DNA of 64,000 nt from Paracoccaceae bacterium (lineage in GTDB: Bacteria; Pseudomonadota; Alphaproteobacteria; Rhodobacterales; Rhodobacteraceae), in assembly GCA_050302475.1 (NCBI GenBank), contig JBNLBF010000008.1, forward strand, positions 64,121-128,120, read 5' to 3'. Of the stretch, positions 49,859 through 60,677 are shown in pieces. Below the pieces are notes generated by a model, which saw only the letters and a program-made list of their open reading frames with translations, was not told the DNA's origin and searched no databases. Position numbers and translations under genes: made by a program. Numbering within the stretch: the first letter of the stretch is position 1; each line of letters starts with the position of its first letter.

Positions 49859-50500
49859 TTGGATACGGAGAGAGCAATGACTTTTTTACGAAAAATCGGC
49901 GCGGTTGCGGCCATTGCAATGGGTTTGACGACGGCTACCATAGCGTCGGCGCAGACCAGTTATTATGTCGGTGGTGGACTTGCCTATACAGATGCAGTGA
50001 CAACCAGTAATCTTAACCCAGCGTCAACGTCTTCAGGCGATCTTTTCGGCTTGGGCATCACTATCGGTTTGCGTAGCGATACAGGCAGCATGTTCTACGG
50101 CGCAGAAATTGATGGCGAGGTTTCCGTCTCCGGCGAAATTCGAAACGATTCCAGCACTAACACTTGCGCTGATGGAGCTGACTGGGCTCGGTATTGCGAT
50201 CAGACAGCGACGGTAAGACTCCGCGGTATTGTCGGAACCGATATCAGCGGTTACGAGGTCTTTGGGTCGTTGGGTTACGGACTTATGACTGGCGACGCTG
50301 CTGTTGACACATTTGCAACCGACACAGGTGTGTCCGGAGGGGTTACTTACGGTATCGGAATGCAAACCCAGTTTGGTTCGGGGTTGGTTCGTTTCGAGGT
50401 CATACGCGATGAGTTTACGACCACGATCGTCAGTCCCCAAGGCTACAACCCAACGTGGCAGGCGACGACGGTAAAGGCCTCTTATATCTATCAGTTCTGA
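49859..50500 (+). CDS. small outer-membrane beta-barrel protein, paralog 2
   Basis: 213 aa. Signal peptide and first ~35 aa nearly identical to paralog 1 (IGAVAAIAMGLTTATIASAQTSYYVGGGLAY). Ends ...YIYQF. Confidence 0.75.
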   Translation: MDTERAMTFLRKIGAVAAIAMGLTTATIASAQTSYYVGGGLAYTDAVTTSNLNPASTSSGDLFGLGITIGLRSDTGSMFYGAEIDGEVSVSGEIRNDSSTNTCADGADWARYCDQTATVRLRGIVGTDISGYEVFGSLGYGLMTGDAAVDTFATDTGVSGGVTYGIGMQTQFGSGLVRFEVIRDEFTTTIVSPQGYNPTWQATTVKASYIYQF

Positions 50501-50520
50501 AATCAAATTTGCTGATTGGG

Positions 50521-50559
50521 AAAGACCCGTGCGGGAAACTGCGCGGGTTATTTTTTTGG
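50521..50559 (+). terminator. intrinsic terminator, copy 3 of 3
   Basis: aaagaCCCGTGCGG-GAAA-CTGCGCGGGTTATTTTTTTGG (one G-U pair). Confidence 0.8.
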
Positions 50560-50589
50560 GCGTCTTCTTCAGCCCGGAATCAAGGCGAA

Positions 50590-50729
50590 GCCACCGGGCG
50601 AGCGCCTGCCCGTCCCGACGGATTGGCGCTTCTGTTAAGTCGCACAACGCTCATAGGTAAGAGTCAGTGGCCACTATAAAGTGCCCTACATTTACGTTGC
50701 GGCGCCACCCCACGGGCAGGCGCTCGCCC
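50590..50729. repeat. MITE-like repeat element, copy B (perfect 17-bp terminal inverted repeats)
   Basis: GGGCGAGCGCCTGCCCG at the 5' end and CGGGCAGGCGCTCGCCC at the 3' end. Between convergent OMP and pyrF genes. Confidence 0.6.
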
Positions 50730-50811
50730 TCATCAGGTCTAGGATTGGTGATCTTTTCCCTTAGTCACAGACGCTTTCGAATGGCGCGTTAAATCTCGCG
50801 GTCAAACAACC

Positions 50812-51522
50812 TCAAGAATTCCGTCCCATCGGCCCCCGCAACTCCGCCAATATCGCCTGCGCCGCACCGCGACGGTCTTTGGCGTCACGGATCGGGCGGC
50901 CGACGACGACATGGTCGGCGCCGTCCATAATCGAGGCGTAAGGCGTTGCGATACGTTTTTGGTCATTGTCCGCGGCACCAAGCGGGCGCACGCCGGGGGT
51001 GACGATCAGCTTGCCTTCCGCCTCGGGCAAGGCGCGGATGGCGGCGGCTTCGTGCGGGGAGGAGATCACGCCGTCAGCCCCAGCCAGAAAAGCTTGGCGC
51101 GCGCGTTCAACCGCGATCTCGGCCACGGTGCCCTCGCGATATTGCGCCATGTCCAGATCATCGCGCTCCAGCGAGGTCAGGATCGTGACGGCGAGGATCT
51201 TCAGCCCTTTGTCACCGCGCCCTTCGACAGCGGCTCGTACCACATACGGGTCGCCATGAACCGTCAGGAAATCCAGATCGAACTGCGCTAGGCCGCGCAC
51301 GGCATGTTCCACCGTTGCGCCAATATCGAACAGTTTCATGTCGAGGAAAACGCGCTTGCCCATCTCCTTCAGCTCGTTGGCAAGCGCCAGACCACCACCG
51401 GTCAGCATGCCAAGGCCGATCTTGTAGAAGGTCACCTGATCGCCCAGCTCTTCCACCATCGCGAGGCCAGCGAGCGCGTCCGGCACATCCAAAGCAACGA
51501 TCAAACGGTCGGAGTCTTTCAT
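50812..51522 (-). CDS. pyrF: orotidine 5'-phosphate decarboxylase
   Basis: LIVALD...KIGL..., DMKLFDIGATV motifs. Start ATG 51522 after AAGGAGGG SD. Confidence 0.92.
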   Translation of the reverse strand: MKDSDRLIVALDVPDALAGLAMVEELGDQVTFYKIGLGMLTGGGLALANELKEMGKRVFLDMKLFDIGATVEHAVRGLAQFDLDFLTVHGDPYVVRAAVEGRGDKGLKILAVTILTSLERDDLDMAQYREGTVAEIAVERARQAFLAGADGVISSPHEAAAIRALPEAEGKLIVTPGVRPLGAADNDQKRIATPYASIMDGADHVVVGRPIRDAKDRRGAAQAILAELRGPMGRNS

Positions 51523-51593
51523 GGGCAACCCTCCTTTTTGGCTACCCTTAGGGCAGGGTGAATGCTACGACAACCCCCAACGCAGGAGGGGTT

Positions 51594-52415
51594 ATGACAA
51601 GTTCACTGGAAATTTATTCGTTGGAGACCGGGCAGGCGCGGGTGGTGCTGGAAACCGATATGCTGATCGAGGCGCCGAACTGGGACCCGTCGGGTGCAAA
51701 CCTGTTGGTGAATGGCGAGGGGCATTTGTTCCGTGTGGATTTGGCTGCGCCGTCACTGGCAGAGGTGGATACGGGATTTGCGGATAAATGCAATAACGAC
51801 CACGGGATATCGCCGGACGGGTCGCGGATCGTGATTTCGCATAACACGGCCGAGGGGTCGGCGATTTATACGCTGCCTGCCGGTGGTGGTGAACCGGTCC
51901 GGATCACGCCGGACACGCCGTCCTACTGGCACGGTTGGTCGCCGGACGGGTCGCGGCTGGCCTATGTTGCGAAACGTGGGGAGGGGCATTTTGATGTGTA
52001 TTCCTGTCCGGTTGAGGGTGGTGAAGAAACCCGCCTGACCTTTGGCGAGGGGCACTGCGACGGGCCCGATTACAGCCCAGATGGCGAATGGATCTGGTAT
52101 AATTGCGCGCGGACGGGTCATGCGCAGATTTGGAAAATGCGCTTGGATGGGACGGACCATCAACAGGTGTTCGCAGATGAATTTGTGAACTGGTTCCCGC
52201 ATCCCTCGCCTGACGGGCTGCATGTGCTGTTTCTGGCCTATCCAACGGGGATAGAGGGGCATCCGCGGGATAAGGATGTTTCGCTAAAGCTGATGGATGC
52301 GGACGGTGGGAATATCCGCACGTTGCTGTCGTTCAATGGCGGCCAAGGGACGATGAACGTGCCGAACTGGTCGCCGGACGGGCGAGAGTTTGCGTATGTA
52401 CGGTATCCGAAATAA
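51594..52415 (+). CDS. PD40/TolB-like WD40-type beta-propeller repeat protein
   Basis: Repeated SPDGSR(I/L) motifs (SPDGSRIV, SPDGSRLAY, SPDGEWIWY, SPDGLHVLF, SPDGREFAY). Start ATG 51594 with AGGAGGGG SD. Confidence 0.65.
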   Translation: MTSSLEIYSLETGQARVVLETDMLIEAPNWDPSGANLLVNGEGHLFRVDLAAPSLAEVDTGFADKCNNDHGISPDGSRIVISHNTAEGSAIYTLPAGGGEPVRITPDTPSYWHGWSPDGSRLAYVAKRGEGHFDVYSCPVEGGEETRLTFGEGHCDGPDYSPDGEWIWYNCARTGHAQIWKMRLDGTDHQQVFADEFVNWFPHPSPDGLHVLFLAYPTGIEGHPRDKDVSLKLMDADGGNIRTLLSFNGGQGTMNVPNWSPDGREFAYVRYPK

Positions 52416-52677
52416 CAACGACAGCGCCTGACCCTGGGTGGGCGTGAAGCGCCCTCCCGTGAAGTAGCGGTTTGCGGAGCAAATCCGCCTTGGATCGGGT
52501 GCGGGTTTCTAGCGAAACCTAAACTTACAAATTTTTGTTGTGAAATCTTGCAACCCCCTGATCAAATTCCTACCTCAGTCTCAACGGGTTGCGCCTGTTC
52601 AGGGCAGCTCACCAAACTAAGGCCATAGAGGCGGGCCTGTAAGGCCGCCGCGAATGGACGCTTGAAAGGAGACAGAT

Positions 52678-55278
52678 ATGAACTTCGAGAAGTTCACCGA
52701 TCGCGCACGCGGGTTTGTGCAAGCCGCCCAGACCATCGCCATGCGCGAAAATCACCAACGTTTTGTACCCGAGCATCTGCTGAAAGCGCTGCTCGATGAC
52801 GATCAGGGGCTGGCGTCAAACATCATCACCCGCGCGGGTGGGGATGCGAAGGCTGCGCAGGTGGCCACTGAGACCGCGATCAATAAGATCCTGAAGGTCG
52901 AGGGCGACGGCCAGCTTTACATGGACACCCAGACCGCCAAGGTTTTTGACGAGGCTGAAAAGCTGGCAAAGAAAGCCAGCGACAGTTATGTCACGGTTGA
53001 ACGCCTGCTGACGGCGCTCGCGATCACCAAATCCGAGGCAGAGAAAATCCTGAAGGCCGCCGGAGTCACCGCGCAAACTCTGAACGAAGCGATCAATGAT
53101 CTGCGTCAGGGCCGCACGGCTGACACGGCGTCTGCCGAAGAAGGCTACGACGCGCTGAAGAAATATGCGCGCGACCTGACCGAAGCCGCGCGTGAAGGCA
53201 AGATCGACCCGATCATCGGGCGCGACGACGAAATCCGTCGCACGATGCAGGTGCTGACGCGCCGGACGAAAAACAACCCGGTTCTGATCGGCGACCCCGG
53301 CGTCGGGAAAACCGCGATTGCCGAAGGGCTGGCCCTGCGGATCGTCAATGGCGATGTGCCGGATTCGATTGCGGGTAAGAAATTGATGGCGCTCGATATG
53401 GGGGCGCTGATTGCCGGAGCGAAATATCGTGGGGAGTTCGAGGAACGGCTGAAAGCTGTCCTGAACGAAGTTACCGCCGCCAATGGTGAGATCATCCTGT
53501 TCATCGACGAGATGCACACGCTGGTTGGCGCTGGGAAATCGGACGGCGCGATGGATGCATCGAACCTGCTGAAACCTGCGTTGGCGCGTGGGGAATTGCA
53601 CTGTGTCGGCGCGACCACGCTGGATGAATACCGCAAATATGTCGAAAAAGACGCGGCTCTGGCCCGGCGTTTCCAGCCGGTTATGATCAATGAACCGACG
53701 GTAGAGGATACGATTTCGATCCTGCGTGGGATCAAGGAGAAGTACGAACTTCACCATGGTATCCGCATTTCGGACAGCGCACTGGTTGCTGCCGCGACCC
53801 TGTCGGATCGCTACATCACCGACCGATTCCTACCGGACAAAGCCATCGACTTGATGGATGAGGCCGCCAGCCGTCTGCGGATGGAGGTGGATTCCAAGCC
53901 GGAAGAGTTGGACGCGCTGGATCGCCAGATCCTGCAATTGCAGATCGAAGGCGAGGCGTTGAAGAAGGAAACCGACAAGGCCTCGATGGATCGACTGGAG
54001 AAGCTGGAAAAAGAGCTGGCCAAGCTGCAGGAGCAGTCTGATCAGATGACCGCCCGCTGGCAGGCGGAACGCGACAAGCTGGCCGGGGCGCGTGACATCA
54101 AAGAACAACTTGATCATGCCCGCGCGGAACTGGATCAGGCGAAGCGCGAAGGCAATCTGGCCAAGGCCGGAGAGCTGTCTTATGGCGTCATCCCCGATCT
54201 GGAAAAACGTCTGGCGGAGGCCGAGGAAGCCGAAGAACAGAGTGACGATCTGATGGTCGAGGAAGCTGTGACGCCCCAACAAGTGGCGGCTGTGGTTGAG
54301 CGCTGGACCGGCATTCCGATGGACAAAATGCTGGAAGGCGAGCGCGAGAAGCTGCTGAAAATGGAAGAAGAGCTTGGCAAACGCGTGATCGGTCAGAAAC
54401 AGGCCGTTGCCGCCGTGTCGAACGCTGTTCGCCGGGCGCGCGCCGGGTTGAACGACCCGCATCGCCCGCTTGGTAGCTTCCTGTTTCTTGGGCCAACCGG
54501 CGTCGGGAAAACCGAGCTAACCAAAGCACTGGCCGAATATCTGTTTGATGATGACACCGCCATGACCCGTGTGGACATGTCGGAATTCATGGAAAAACAC
54601 GCCGTCGCGCGTCTGATCGGCGCCCCTCCGGGTTATGTCGGGTATGACGAAGGTGGTGTGCTGACTGAGGCCGTGCGGCGCAAGCCATATCAGGTGATCC
54701 TGTTTGACGAGGTCGAAAAGGCGCATTCCGATGTCTTCAACGTGCTGTTGCAGGTGCTGGATGATGGTCGTCTGACGGATGGTCAGGGGCACGTCGTGGA
54801 TTTCAAGAACACGCTGATTATCCTGACCTCCAACCTCGGCTCACAAGCGCTGAGCATGCTGGACGATGGCGGCGACGCTGAGAAAGCCAAAGCGCAGGTG
54901 ATGGAAGCGGTGCGGGCACATTTCCGACCCGAATTCCTGAACCGTCTGGACGAGATCGTGACCTTTGATCGCCTGTCGCGCAGCGATATGGATGCAATTG
55001 TCGATATCCAACTGGGGATCCTCGAAAAACGTCTGGCAGGTCGCAAGATCGAACTGGCGCTGGACGATGCTGCCAAAAAATGGCTCGCCGATCAGGGGTA
55101 TGATCCGGTTTACGGTGCCCGCCCGCTGAAACGTGTGATCCAGAATGCTTTGCAGAACCCGCTGGCAGAAATGCTGTTGAGTGGGGAGGTTCTGGATGGA
55201 TCGGTCGTGCCGGTCTCGGCCGACAGCGAAGGGCTGGTGATCGGTCAGGCGGCGGTGAAGCCCGAGGTTGTTCACTAA
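52678..55278 (+). CDS. clpB: ATP-dependent chaperone ClpB
   Basis: 866 aa. Two AAA+ modules ([18 protein letters not shown]), long middle coiled-coil. Confidence 0.97.
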   Translation: MNFEKFTDRARGFVQAAQTIAMRENHQRFVPEHLLKALLDDDQGLASNIITRAGGDAKAAQVATETAINKILKVEGDGQLYMDTQTAKVFDEAEKLAKKASDSYVTVERLLTALAITKSEAEKILKAAGVTAQTLNEAINDLRQGRTADTASAEEGYDALKKYARDLTEAAREGKIDPIIGRDDEIRRTMQVLTRRTKNNPVLIGDPGVGKTAIAEGLALRIVNGDVPDSIAGKKLMALDMGALIAGAKYRGEFEERLKAVLNEVTAANGEIILFIDEMHTLVGAGKSDGAMDASNLLKPALARGELHCVGATTLDEYRKYVEKDAALARRFQPVMINEPTVEDTISILRGIKEKYELHHGIRISDSALVAAATLSDRYITDRFLPDKAIDLMDEAASRLRMEVDSKPEELDALDRQILQLQIEGEALKKETDKASMDRLEKLEKELAKLQEQSDQMTARWQAERDKLAGARDIKEQLDHARAELDQAKREGNLAKAGELSYGVIPDLEKRLAEAEEAEEQSDDLMVEEAVTPQQVAAVVERWTGIPMDKMLEGEREKLLKMEEELGKRVIGQKQAVAAVSNAVRRARAGLNDPHRPLGSFLFLGPTGVGKTELTKALAEYLFDDDTAMTRVDMSEFMEKHAVARLIGAPPGYVGYDEGGVLTEAVRRKPYQVILFDEVEKAHSDVFNVLLQVLDDGRLTDGQGHVVDFKNTLIILTSNLGSQALSMLDDGGDAEKAKAQVMEAVRAHFRPEFLNRLDEIVTFDRLSRSDMDAIVDIQLGILEKRLAGRKIELALDDAAKKWLADQGYDPVYGARPLKRVIQNALQNPLAEMLLSGEVLDGSVVPVSADSEGLVIGQAAVKPEVVH

Positions 55279-55298
55279 AACCAGCGTATAAGCTTTGC

Positions 55299-55334
55299 AG
55301 CGCCGGCGGTCGAAAGATTGCCGGCGTTTTGTTA
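55299..55334 (+). terminator. intrinsic terminator after clpB
   Basis: CGCCGGCggtcgaaagattGCCGGCGTTTTGTT. Confidence 0.65.
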
Positions 55335-55366
55335 TGCCGGGCAAGTACGGCATGACCCATTCCCTG

Positions 55367-55395
55367 TTGACATTTGCGCCCCCAAACGGTCTATC
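55367..55395 (+). promoter_or_regulatory. candidate sigma70-type promoter for aspS
   Basis: TTGACA -17 nt- TCTATC, about 40 nt upstream of the aspS start. Confidence 0.25.
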
Positions 55396-55431
55396 ACCAC
55401 GGTTATTCAAATCCCGTAAGGAACGCCCGAA

Positions 55432-57207
55432 ATGCACGCCTATCGCACCCACAAATGTCACGAACTCAACGCCTCGAACGTTGGGGATGATGTCCGCCTG
55501 TCCGGCTGGGTGCATCGTGTGCGTGATCATGGCGGCGTGCTGTTCATCGACCTGCGCGACCATTACGGGGTAACGCAGGTGCTGGCGGACGAGGATTCCC
55601 CCGCCTTTGCGGAACTGGAAAAGGTGCGTTCCGAATGGTGTATCCGCATCGACGGCACCGTTAAAGCTCGCGATCCGGAGCTGGTGAACCCCAACCTGCC
55701 AACCGGAGAGGTCGAGATTTTTATCCGTGATCTGGAAGTGCTGGGCAAAGCCGACGAACTGCCTCTGCCCGTCTTTGGTGAACCGGAATATCCCGAAGAA
55801 ACCCGCCTGAAATACCGTTTCCTCGACCTGCGCCGCGAAACATTGCACAACAACATGGTGCTGCGCTCGCAAGTGGTTGCGTCCATGCGCAAACGGATGT
55901 GGGATCAGGGGTTCAACGAATTCCAAACGCCGATCCTCACAGCCTCCAGCCCCGAAGGTGCGCGCGACTTTTTGGTTCCGTCCCGTCTGCATCCGGGCAA
56001 GTTTTACGCCCTACCCCAGGCCCCGCAACAGTTCAAACAGCTGATCATGGTCTCGGGCTTTGATAAGTACTTCCAGATCGCGCCGTGTTTCCGCGACGAA
56101 GACCCGCGCGCCGACCGTTCGCCGACCGATTTTTACCAGCTGGATATGGAGATGTCCTTCGTGAACCAGCAGGACGTGTTCGACACGATTGAACCGGTTG
56201 TTCAGGGCATTTTCGGAGAGTTCGGCGGTGGGCGTCCGGTGACCAAAGACGTACCTCAGATTTCCTACAAGGATGCAGCGCTGTGGTACGGGTCCGACAA
56301 ACCGGACCTGCGTAACCCGATCAAGATGCAGGTTGTGAGTGAGCATTTCGCTGGTTCCGGTTTCGCGATTTTCGCGAACCTGCTGGAGCAGGAAGGCACT
56401 GAAATCCGCGCGATCCCGGCGCCGACAGGCGGCAGCCGCAAATTCTGCGACCGGATGAATGCTTTCGCACAGAAAGAAGGGCTGCCTGGCATGGGTTATA
56501 TCTTCTGGCGCGATCAGGGTGAAGGCATGGAAGCCGCCGGACCGTTGGCCAAAAACATCGGGCCAGAGCGGACCGAAGCGATCCGCCAGCAATTGGGTCT
56601 GGAGGTCGGTGATGCCGCATTCTTCCTTGGCGGCAAACCGAAAGCGTTCGAAGCCGTCGCAGGCCGTGCCCGCAACGTGATTGGCGAGGAACTGGGTCTG
56701 ACCGACATGGAACGGTTCGAACTCGCCTGGATCGTCGATTTCCCGATTTACGAAAAAGACGAAGAAACCGGCGAGATTGATTTCGAACATAACCCGTTCT
56801 CGATGCCGCAAGGTGGGCTGGAGGCGCTGGAGGGTGACCCGTTAGAGGTCCTCGGCTACCAATACGACCTGTCCTGCAACGGGTACGAGTTGATTTCCGG
56901 CGCAATCCGGAACCACAAGCTGGACATCATGTACAAAGCTTTTGAAATTGCCGGTTATGGCAAAGACGAAGTCGAAAAACGCTTCGGCGGGATGGTGAAG
57001 GCGTTCCAATACGGCGCCCCGCCGCATGGTGGCTGTGCGGCCGGTATCGACCGGATCGTGATGCTGCTGGCGGGTGAGGAAAACATTCGCGAGGTCATCA
57101 TGTTCCCGATGAACCAACGCGCCGAAGACCTGATGATGGAAGCGCCAAGCGAGCCGACGAACGAACAGTTGCGGGAATTGCATTTGCGGACGATCCAACC
57201 TGAATGA
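55432..57207 (+). CDS. aspS: aspartate--tRNA ligase
   Basis: 591 aa class II aaRS with N-terminal OB fold and GAD insertion. [21 protein letters not shown] motif 2 region. Confidence 0.97.
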   Translation: MHAYRTHKCHELNASNVGDDVRLSGWVHRVRDHGGVLFIDLRDHYGVTQVLADEDSPAFAELEKVRSEWCIRIDGTVKARDPELVNPNLPTGEVEIFIRDLEVLGKADELPLPVFGEPEYPEETRLKYRFLDLRRETLHNNMVLRSQVVASMRKRMWDQGFNEFQTPILTASSPEGARDFLVPSRLHPGKFYALPQAPQQFKQLIMVSGFDKYFQIAPCFRDEDPRADRSPTDFYQLDMEMSFVNQQDVFDTIEPVVQGIFGEFGGGRPVTKDVPQISYKDAALWYGSDKPDLRNPIKMQVVSEHFAGSGFAIFANLLEQEGTEIRAIPAPTGGSRKFCDRMNAFAQKEGLPGMGYIFWRDQGEGMEAAGPLAKNIGPERTEAIRQQLGLEVGDAAFFLGGKPKAFEAVAGRARNVIGEELGLTDMERFELAWIVDFPIYEKDEETGEIDFEHNPFSMPQGGLEALEGDPLEVLGYQYDLSCNGYELISGAIRNHKLDIMYKAFEIAGYGKDEVEKRFGGMVKAFQYGAPPHGGCAAGIDRIVMLLAGEENIREVIMFPMNQRAEDLMMEAPSEPTNEQLRELHLRTIQPE

Positions 57208-57704
57208 CCGACCTTTACGCCATCTCCGTCCCTGTCCTGCGCCACTATGTGACGCAAATCGGCGCGGTACTGGATGTGGCCGAAGGACAGCCCGATGCGA
57301 TGACCTATCAAGTTGCTGACGGTGTTTTTCCGGCTGGGCGACAGTTGTCCGTCGCGATGGGATTTGCGCTCAGAGCGACCTATCCGGTGTGTGGAAAGGA
57401 CCTGCCACCCATTCAGTGGGGCGCGACGAAGGTTGACGAGGTTCGCACGTTCCAGCAGCAAACCTTGGCGAACCTCGACGCGCTGACACCTGCGGATTTT
57501 GAAAATCCGCCCGCGACAATCGATCATAAGGCGGGGTTTGCGGAACTCTCACAGGACCCGTTTACCTACGTCACGCAATTCGCGATGCCGAATTTCTTTT
57601 TCCATATGGTGGCCGGATATACCGCGCTACGCGCCAAAGGTCTGCCGCTCAGCAAATCGCATTTCGATGGGCTGCACGAATACCCTGAAGAGTTTTCGTT
57701 CTAA
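57204..57704 (+). CDS. DUF1993 family protein
   Basis: 166 aa. DinB/YfiT-like four-helix pattern. ATGA overlap with aspS stop. Confidence 0.6.
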   Translation: MTDLYAISVPVLRHYVTQIGAVLDVAEGQPDAMTYQVADGVFPAGRQLSVAMGFALRATYPVCGKDLPPIQWGATKVDEVRTFQQQTLANLDALTPADFENPPATIDHKAGFAELSQDPFTYVTQFAMPNFFFHMVAGYTALRAKGLPLSKSHFDGLHEYPEEFSF

Positions 57705-59035
57705 CCGTAGACCAGCCCCGGCAACCAGAGCACCACGTCCGGCAGGAAGATCAGCGCCACGACCAGCAGCAGGATTGCCAGCAGAAACGGCAGGGACTCT
57801 TTGATGTAGCTTTCGATCGGCGTGTCCATCAGCGAGCAGACCACATACATCGCCACTCCAACGGGTGGGGTCATCGACCCCAGCGTCACAATCGTCATCA
57901 TCAGGATACCGAAATGCACGGGGTCAACGCCGACGGATTGCACCACTGGCACGAAGATTGGGGTCAGCAACAGGACGAGGATGGTGCTTTCGAAAAACAG
58001 ACCCGCAACGAACAGGCTGACAAGAATAACGGCCATGATGGCTTGGGGGTTGGATAGCCCGTCGAGCAGCACGCCAGCGATGGATTGGGGGACTTGCAGG
58101 AAGATAATGGCAAAGCCGATCATGCCGGACATGAGGATGATCAGCATGATCAGGCCGATGTCGGACAGTGCGTGGCCGAAGGCGCGTTTGATCGCCGCCC
58201 ACGTCATGACGCGGTGCGCCAGTGTGCCGATCAGGATGGCGTAGATCACGGCGAAGGAGCCTACTTCTGACGGAGTAAACAATGCGCCCTTGCGTTCCAG
58301 GAACGGGATCCCGCGAATGGCGAAAAACAGGAATACCGGGAACAGGAGCGCCCATTTCGCCTCCCAAGCGGCGCGCCCGAGTTCGCGAGAGGTCGGGGGC
58401 CGTGCATCGGCGGCAACATAGTTCCGGCGCTTGGCGATGATATAGGCGGTGACCATCAGGACGGCCATCATCAGCAGGCCCGGGATAATCCCGGCAAGGA
58501 ATAGCTGTCCGATGGAGACCTGTCCGACATAGCCATACAGGATCAGCCCAATCGATGGCGGGATCGTCGCCGTGATCAGCGAGCTGAGCGCGATGACGGC
58601 TGATGAATAGCCCTTCGAATAGCCGTCCTTGACCATTTCCGGCCCGATCACGCGGGCCTCCATCGCGGCGTCGGCGACGGCGGATCCCGACACGCCGCCC
58701 ATCAGGGTGGACAGCACGATGGACACATGCGCCAACCCGCCCGCCATCCAACCCACGGCGATACGCGAGAAGCGGAACAGCCGGTCGGTGATGCCACTTT
58801 CGTTCATCAGATGCCCGGCGAGCACAAAGAACGGCACCGCCAGAAGCGGGAAACTTTGCGAGACAGTGGCAATTTTTTGGACGCCGATGGAAAGCGGCAT
58901 AACCTTCGATGTGGCGAAGAAAATGAACCCTGCGATGCCGATGGCAAAGGCAACCGGGGCGCCGAAGATCATCAGCGCGGCAAAGGCCAAACCGATCAGC
59001 AAAAGCGGGTCTTGTGTGAGGAGGAAATCAACCAA
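57701..59035 (-). CDS. TRAP transporter large permease subunit (DctM family)
   Basis: 444 aa, 12+ TM. Confidence 0.9.
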   Translation of the reverse strand: MVDFLLTQDPLLLIGLAFAALMIFGAPVAFAIGIAGFIFFATSKVMPLSIGVQKIATVSQSFPLLAVPFFVLAGHLMNESGITDRLFRFSRIAVGWMAGGLAHVSIVLSTLMGGVSGSAVADAAMEARVIGPEMVKDGYSKGYSSAVIALSSLITATIPPSIGLILYGYVGQVSIGQLFLAGIIPGLLMMAVLMVTAYIIAKRRNYVAADARPPTSRELGRAAWEAKWALLFPVFLFFAIRGIPFLERKGALFTPSEVGSFAVIYAILIGTLAHRVMTWAAIKRAFGHALSDIGLIMLIILMSGMIGFAIIFLQVPQSIAGVLLDGLSNPQAIMAVILVSLFVAGLFFESTILVLLLTPIFVPVVQSVGVDPVHFGILMMTIVTLGSMTPPVGVAMYVVCSLMDTPIESYIKESLPFLLAILLLVVALIFLPDVVLWLPGLVYG

Positions 59036-59552
59036 GATGCCCCTCCTTCACCTGCGCCAACAGGTCACCGGTTTTCGCAAAGATCAGTCGGTCGCCTTTC
59101 GCGATATTGATCCAGGCATCAACCGTGTTGGATATGATCTGAGCGGACAGCAGAACGAATCCGGCGGGGACGGCAATGGTCACCCAGAAATAGGAAATGC
59201 CGCTGTCGCCGAACACGCGTTCGCGGTTCATATCGGCGAGTTTGTAACCCTCTTTCCCGAGGTAAAACATGACCAGAATGAAGATGATCGCAAGCGCAGT
59301 TTCGACAATCAGCCGCCATCGGTGCGAAAATAGCCTCACCAGAAAATCGACCCCCAGATGCCCGCGTTCGCGCATGGCGCGTGTCGCACCGATAAAGCAT
59401 AGCCAGATGAACAGGAGTTGCGCCATGTCGACTGACCAGATGATCGGATGGCCCATGAACCGCGCCAGTGACGCCGCGAAAACCAGCACTGTGATCACGG
59501 CCAACAGCATAGCACCAATGGCGAACTCGATTTTCGCAACCCACTCGGTCAT
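59028..59552 (-). CDS. TRAP transporter small permease subunit (DctQ family)
   Basis: 174 aa, 4 TM. 8-nt overlap with dctM. Confidence 0.85.
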   Translation of the reverse strand: MTEWVAKIEFAIGAMLLAVITVLVFAASLARFMGHPIIWSVDMAQLLFIWLCFIGATRAMRERGHLGVDFLVRLFSHRWRLIVETALAIIFILVMFYLGKEGYKLADMNRERVFGDSGISYFWVTIAVPAGFVLLSAQIISNTVDAWINIAKGDRLIFAKTGDLLAQVKEGHLG

Positions 59553-59625
59553 TATCCTCTACCCCTCATAAAAAGACAGGCGCGAGATGATCGCGCCTGC
59601 CACGAGTTTCGGGAGAAACCACGAT

Positions 59626-60603
59626 TTATTCAGCGGCCATCGCCCGCAGCGTATCACGAAGCTCGCCATAACCAAGCTCGTCATAGACGCCTGCGGTGTT
59701 GGCGCGGAATTCGGTTGTGTCGATTTCATTCACAACAATCCCACGCGAGACCAGTTCAGCTTCGATGGAGGCCAGCGAGTCCTGCGTGCCATAGGATGCA
59801 ATGTCCCCGGCCTTCAGGGCTTCGTCGCGAAGGATCGTCTGCAGGTCCTCTGGCAGCGAGTCATACCACCCGGCGGAGGTCACCATCCCGGTGATCAGGT
59901 TGATATGGCCGGTTTTGGTGATGTGAGTGATCACCTCGTCCAGTTTCGCGCCGATGATGGCGGGGAACTGGGCTTCGGCGCCATCAATGACACCCTGCTG
60001 CAGGGCGGAATAGACCTCGGCCCACGGCAGCGGTGTCGGGGTTGCGCCCATGCCTTCGATCGTGCCCATCCAGACCGGTGCTCCCGGGGTCCGCATGCGG
60101 ACACCATCAAGGTCAGCCGGACCGGTGATTTCCTTGTTTGTCAGCAGATGACGCTCACCTTGCCACCAGTTGAAGGACAGAACCTGCAGGCCGCCATTGT
60201 CATGCAGATCGCCGACCCAGCCTTCGAACATGTCGGAGGTCACCACCTTGCGGATACCGTCATAGCCGGACGCGAGGAACGGCGCGCCCAGCACGCCGAA
60301 TTCATTCTGGAACGCGGCCAGACGGCCACCGTCAACGATCACCGCGACCGGTGCTCCAGCGCGGGCCTGTTCCAGCACATCCTCATCCGGACCCAGTTGC
60401 GAGTTCGGGAACAACACAACCTCAAGCCGTCCCCCAGAAGCTTCGGCGATGTTGTCCCGGAACGCTTCCAGACCTTTGTAAAGCGGATCGCTGGTTGCCA
60501 GCGCAGTATTGACGCTCAGCGTATAATCTTGTGCCATAGCACCCAATGCCGTAACGGACGCAAGTGCGGTCCCCAGCAAAGTGGAAATTACTGTATGTTT
60601 CAT
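59626..60603 (-). CDS. TRAP transporter substrate-binding protein (DctP family)
   Basis: Signal peptide MKHTVISTLLGTALASVTALGAMAQ. Start ATG 60603 with GGAGGGAGAGAG SD. Confidence 0.88.
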   Translation of the reverse strand: MKHTVISTLLGTALASVTALGAMAQDYTLSVNTALATSDPLYKGLEAFRDNIAEASGGRLEVVLFPNSQLGPDEDVLEQARAGAPVAVIVDGGRLAAFQNEFGVLGAPFLASGYDGIRKVVTSDMFEGWVGDLHDNGGLQVLSFNWWQGERHLLTNKEITGPADLDGVRMRTPGAPVWMGTIEGMGATPTPLPWAEVYSALQQGVIDGAEAQFPAIIGAKLDEVITHITKTGHINLITGMVTSAGWYDSLPEDLQTILRDEALKAGDIASYGTQDSLASIEAELVSRGIVVNEIDTTEFRANTAGVYDELGYGELRDTLRAMAAE

Positions 60604-60677
60604 TCTCTCTCCTCCCATGCCCGTTCGGGCGATTTCATTGGACAGTAGACTAGTATGGTAGTATTGTAGGTGTCAAT

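Noticed and set aside
54841-55992. 383-aa minus-strand ORF spanning the clpB 3' end, the terminator and the aspS 5' end
   Set aside because: It crosses a strong intrinsic terminator and an intergenic promoter region, and is antisense to two certain genes. Spurious.
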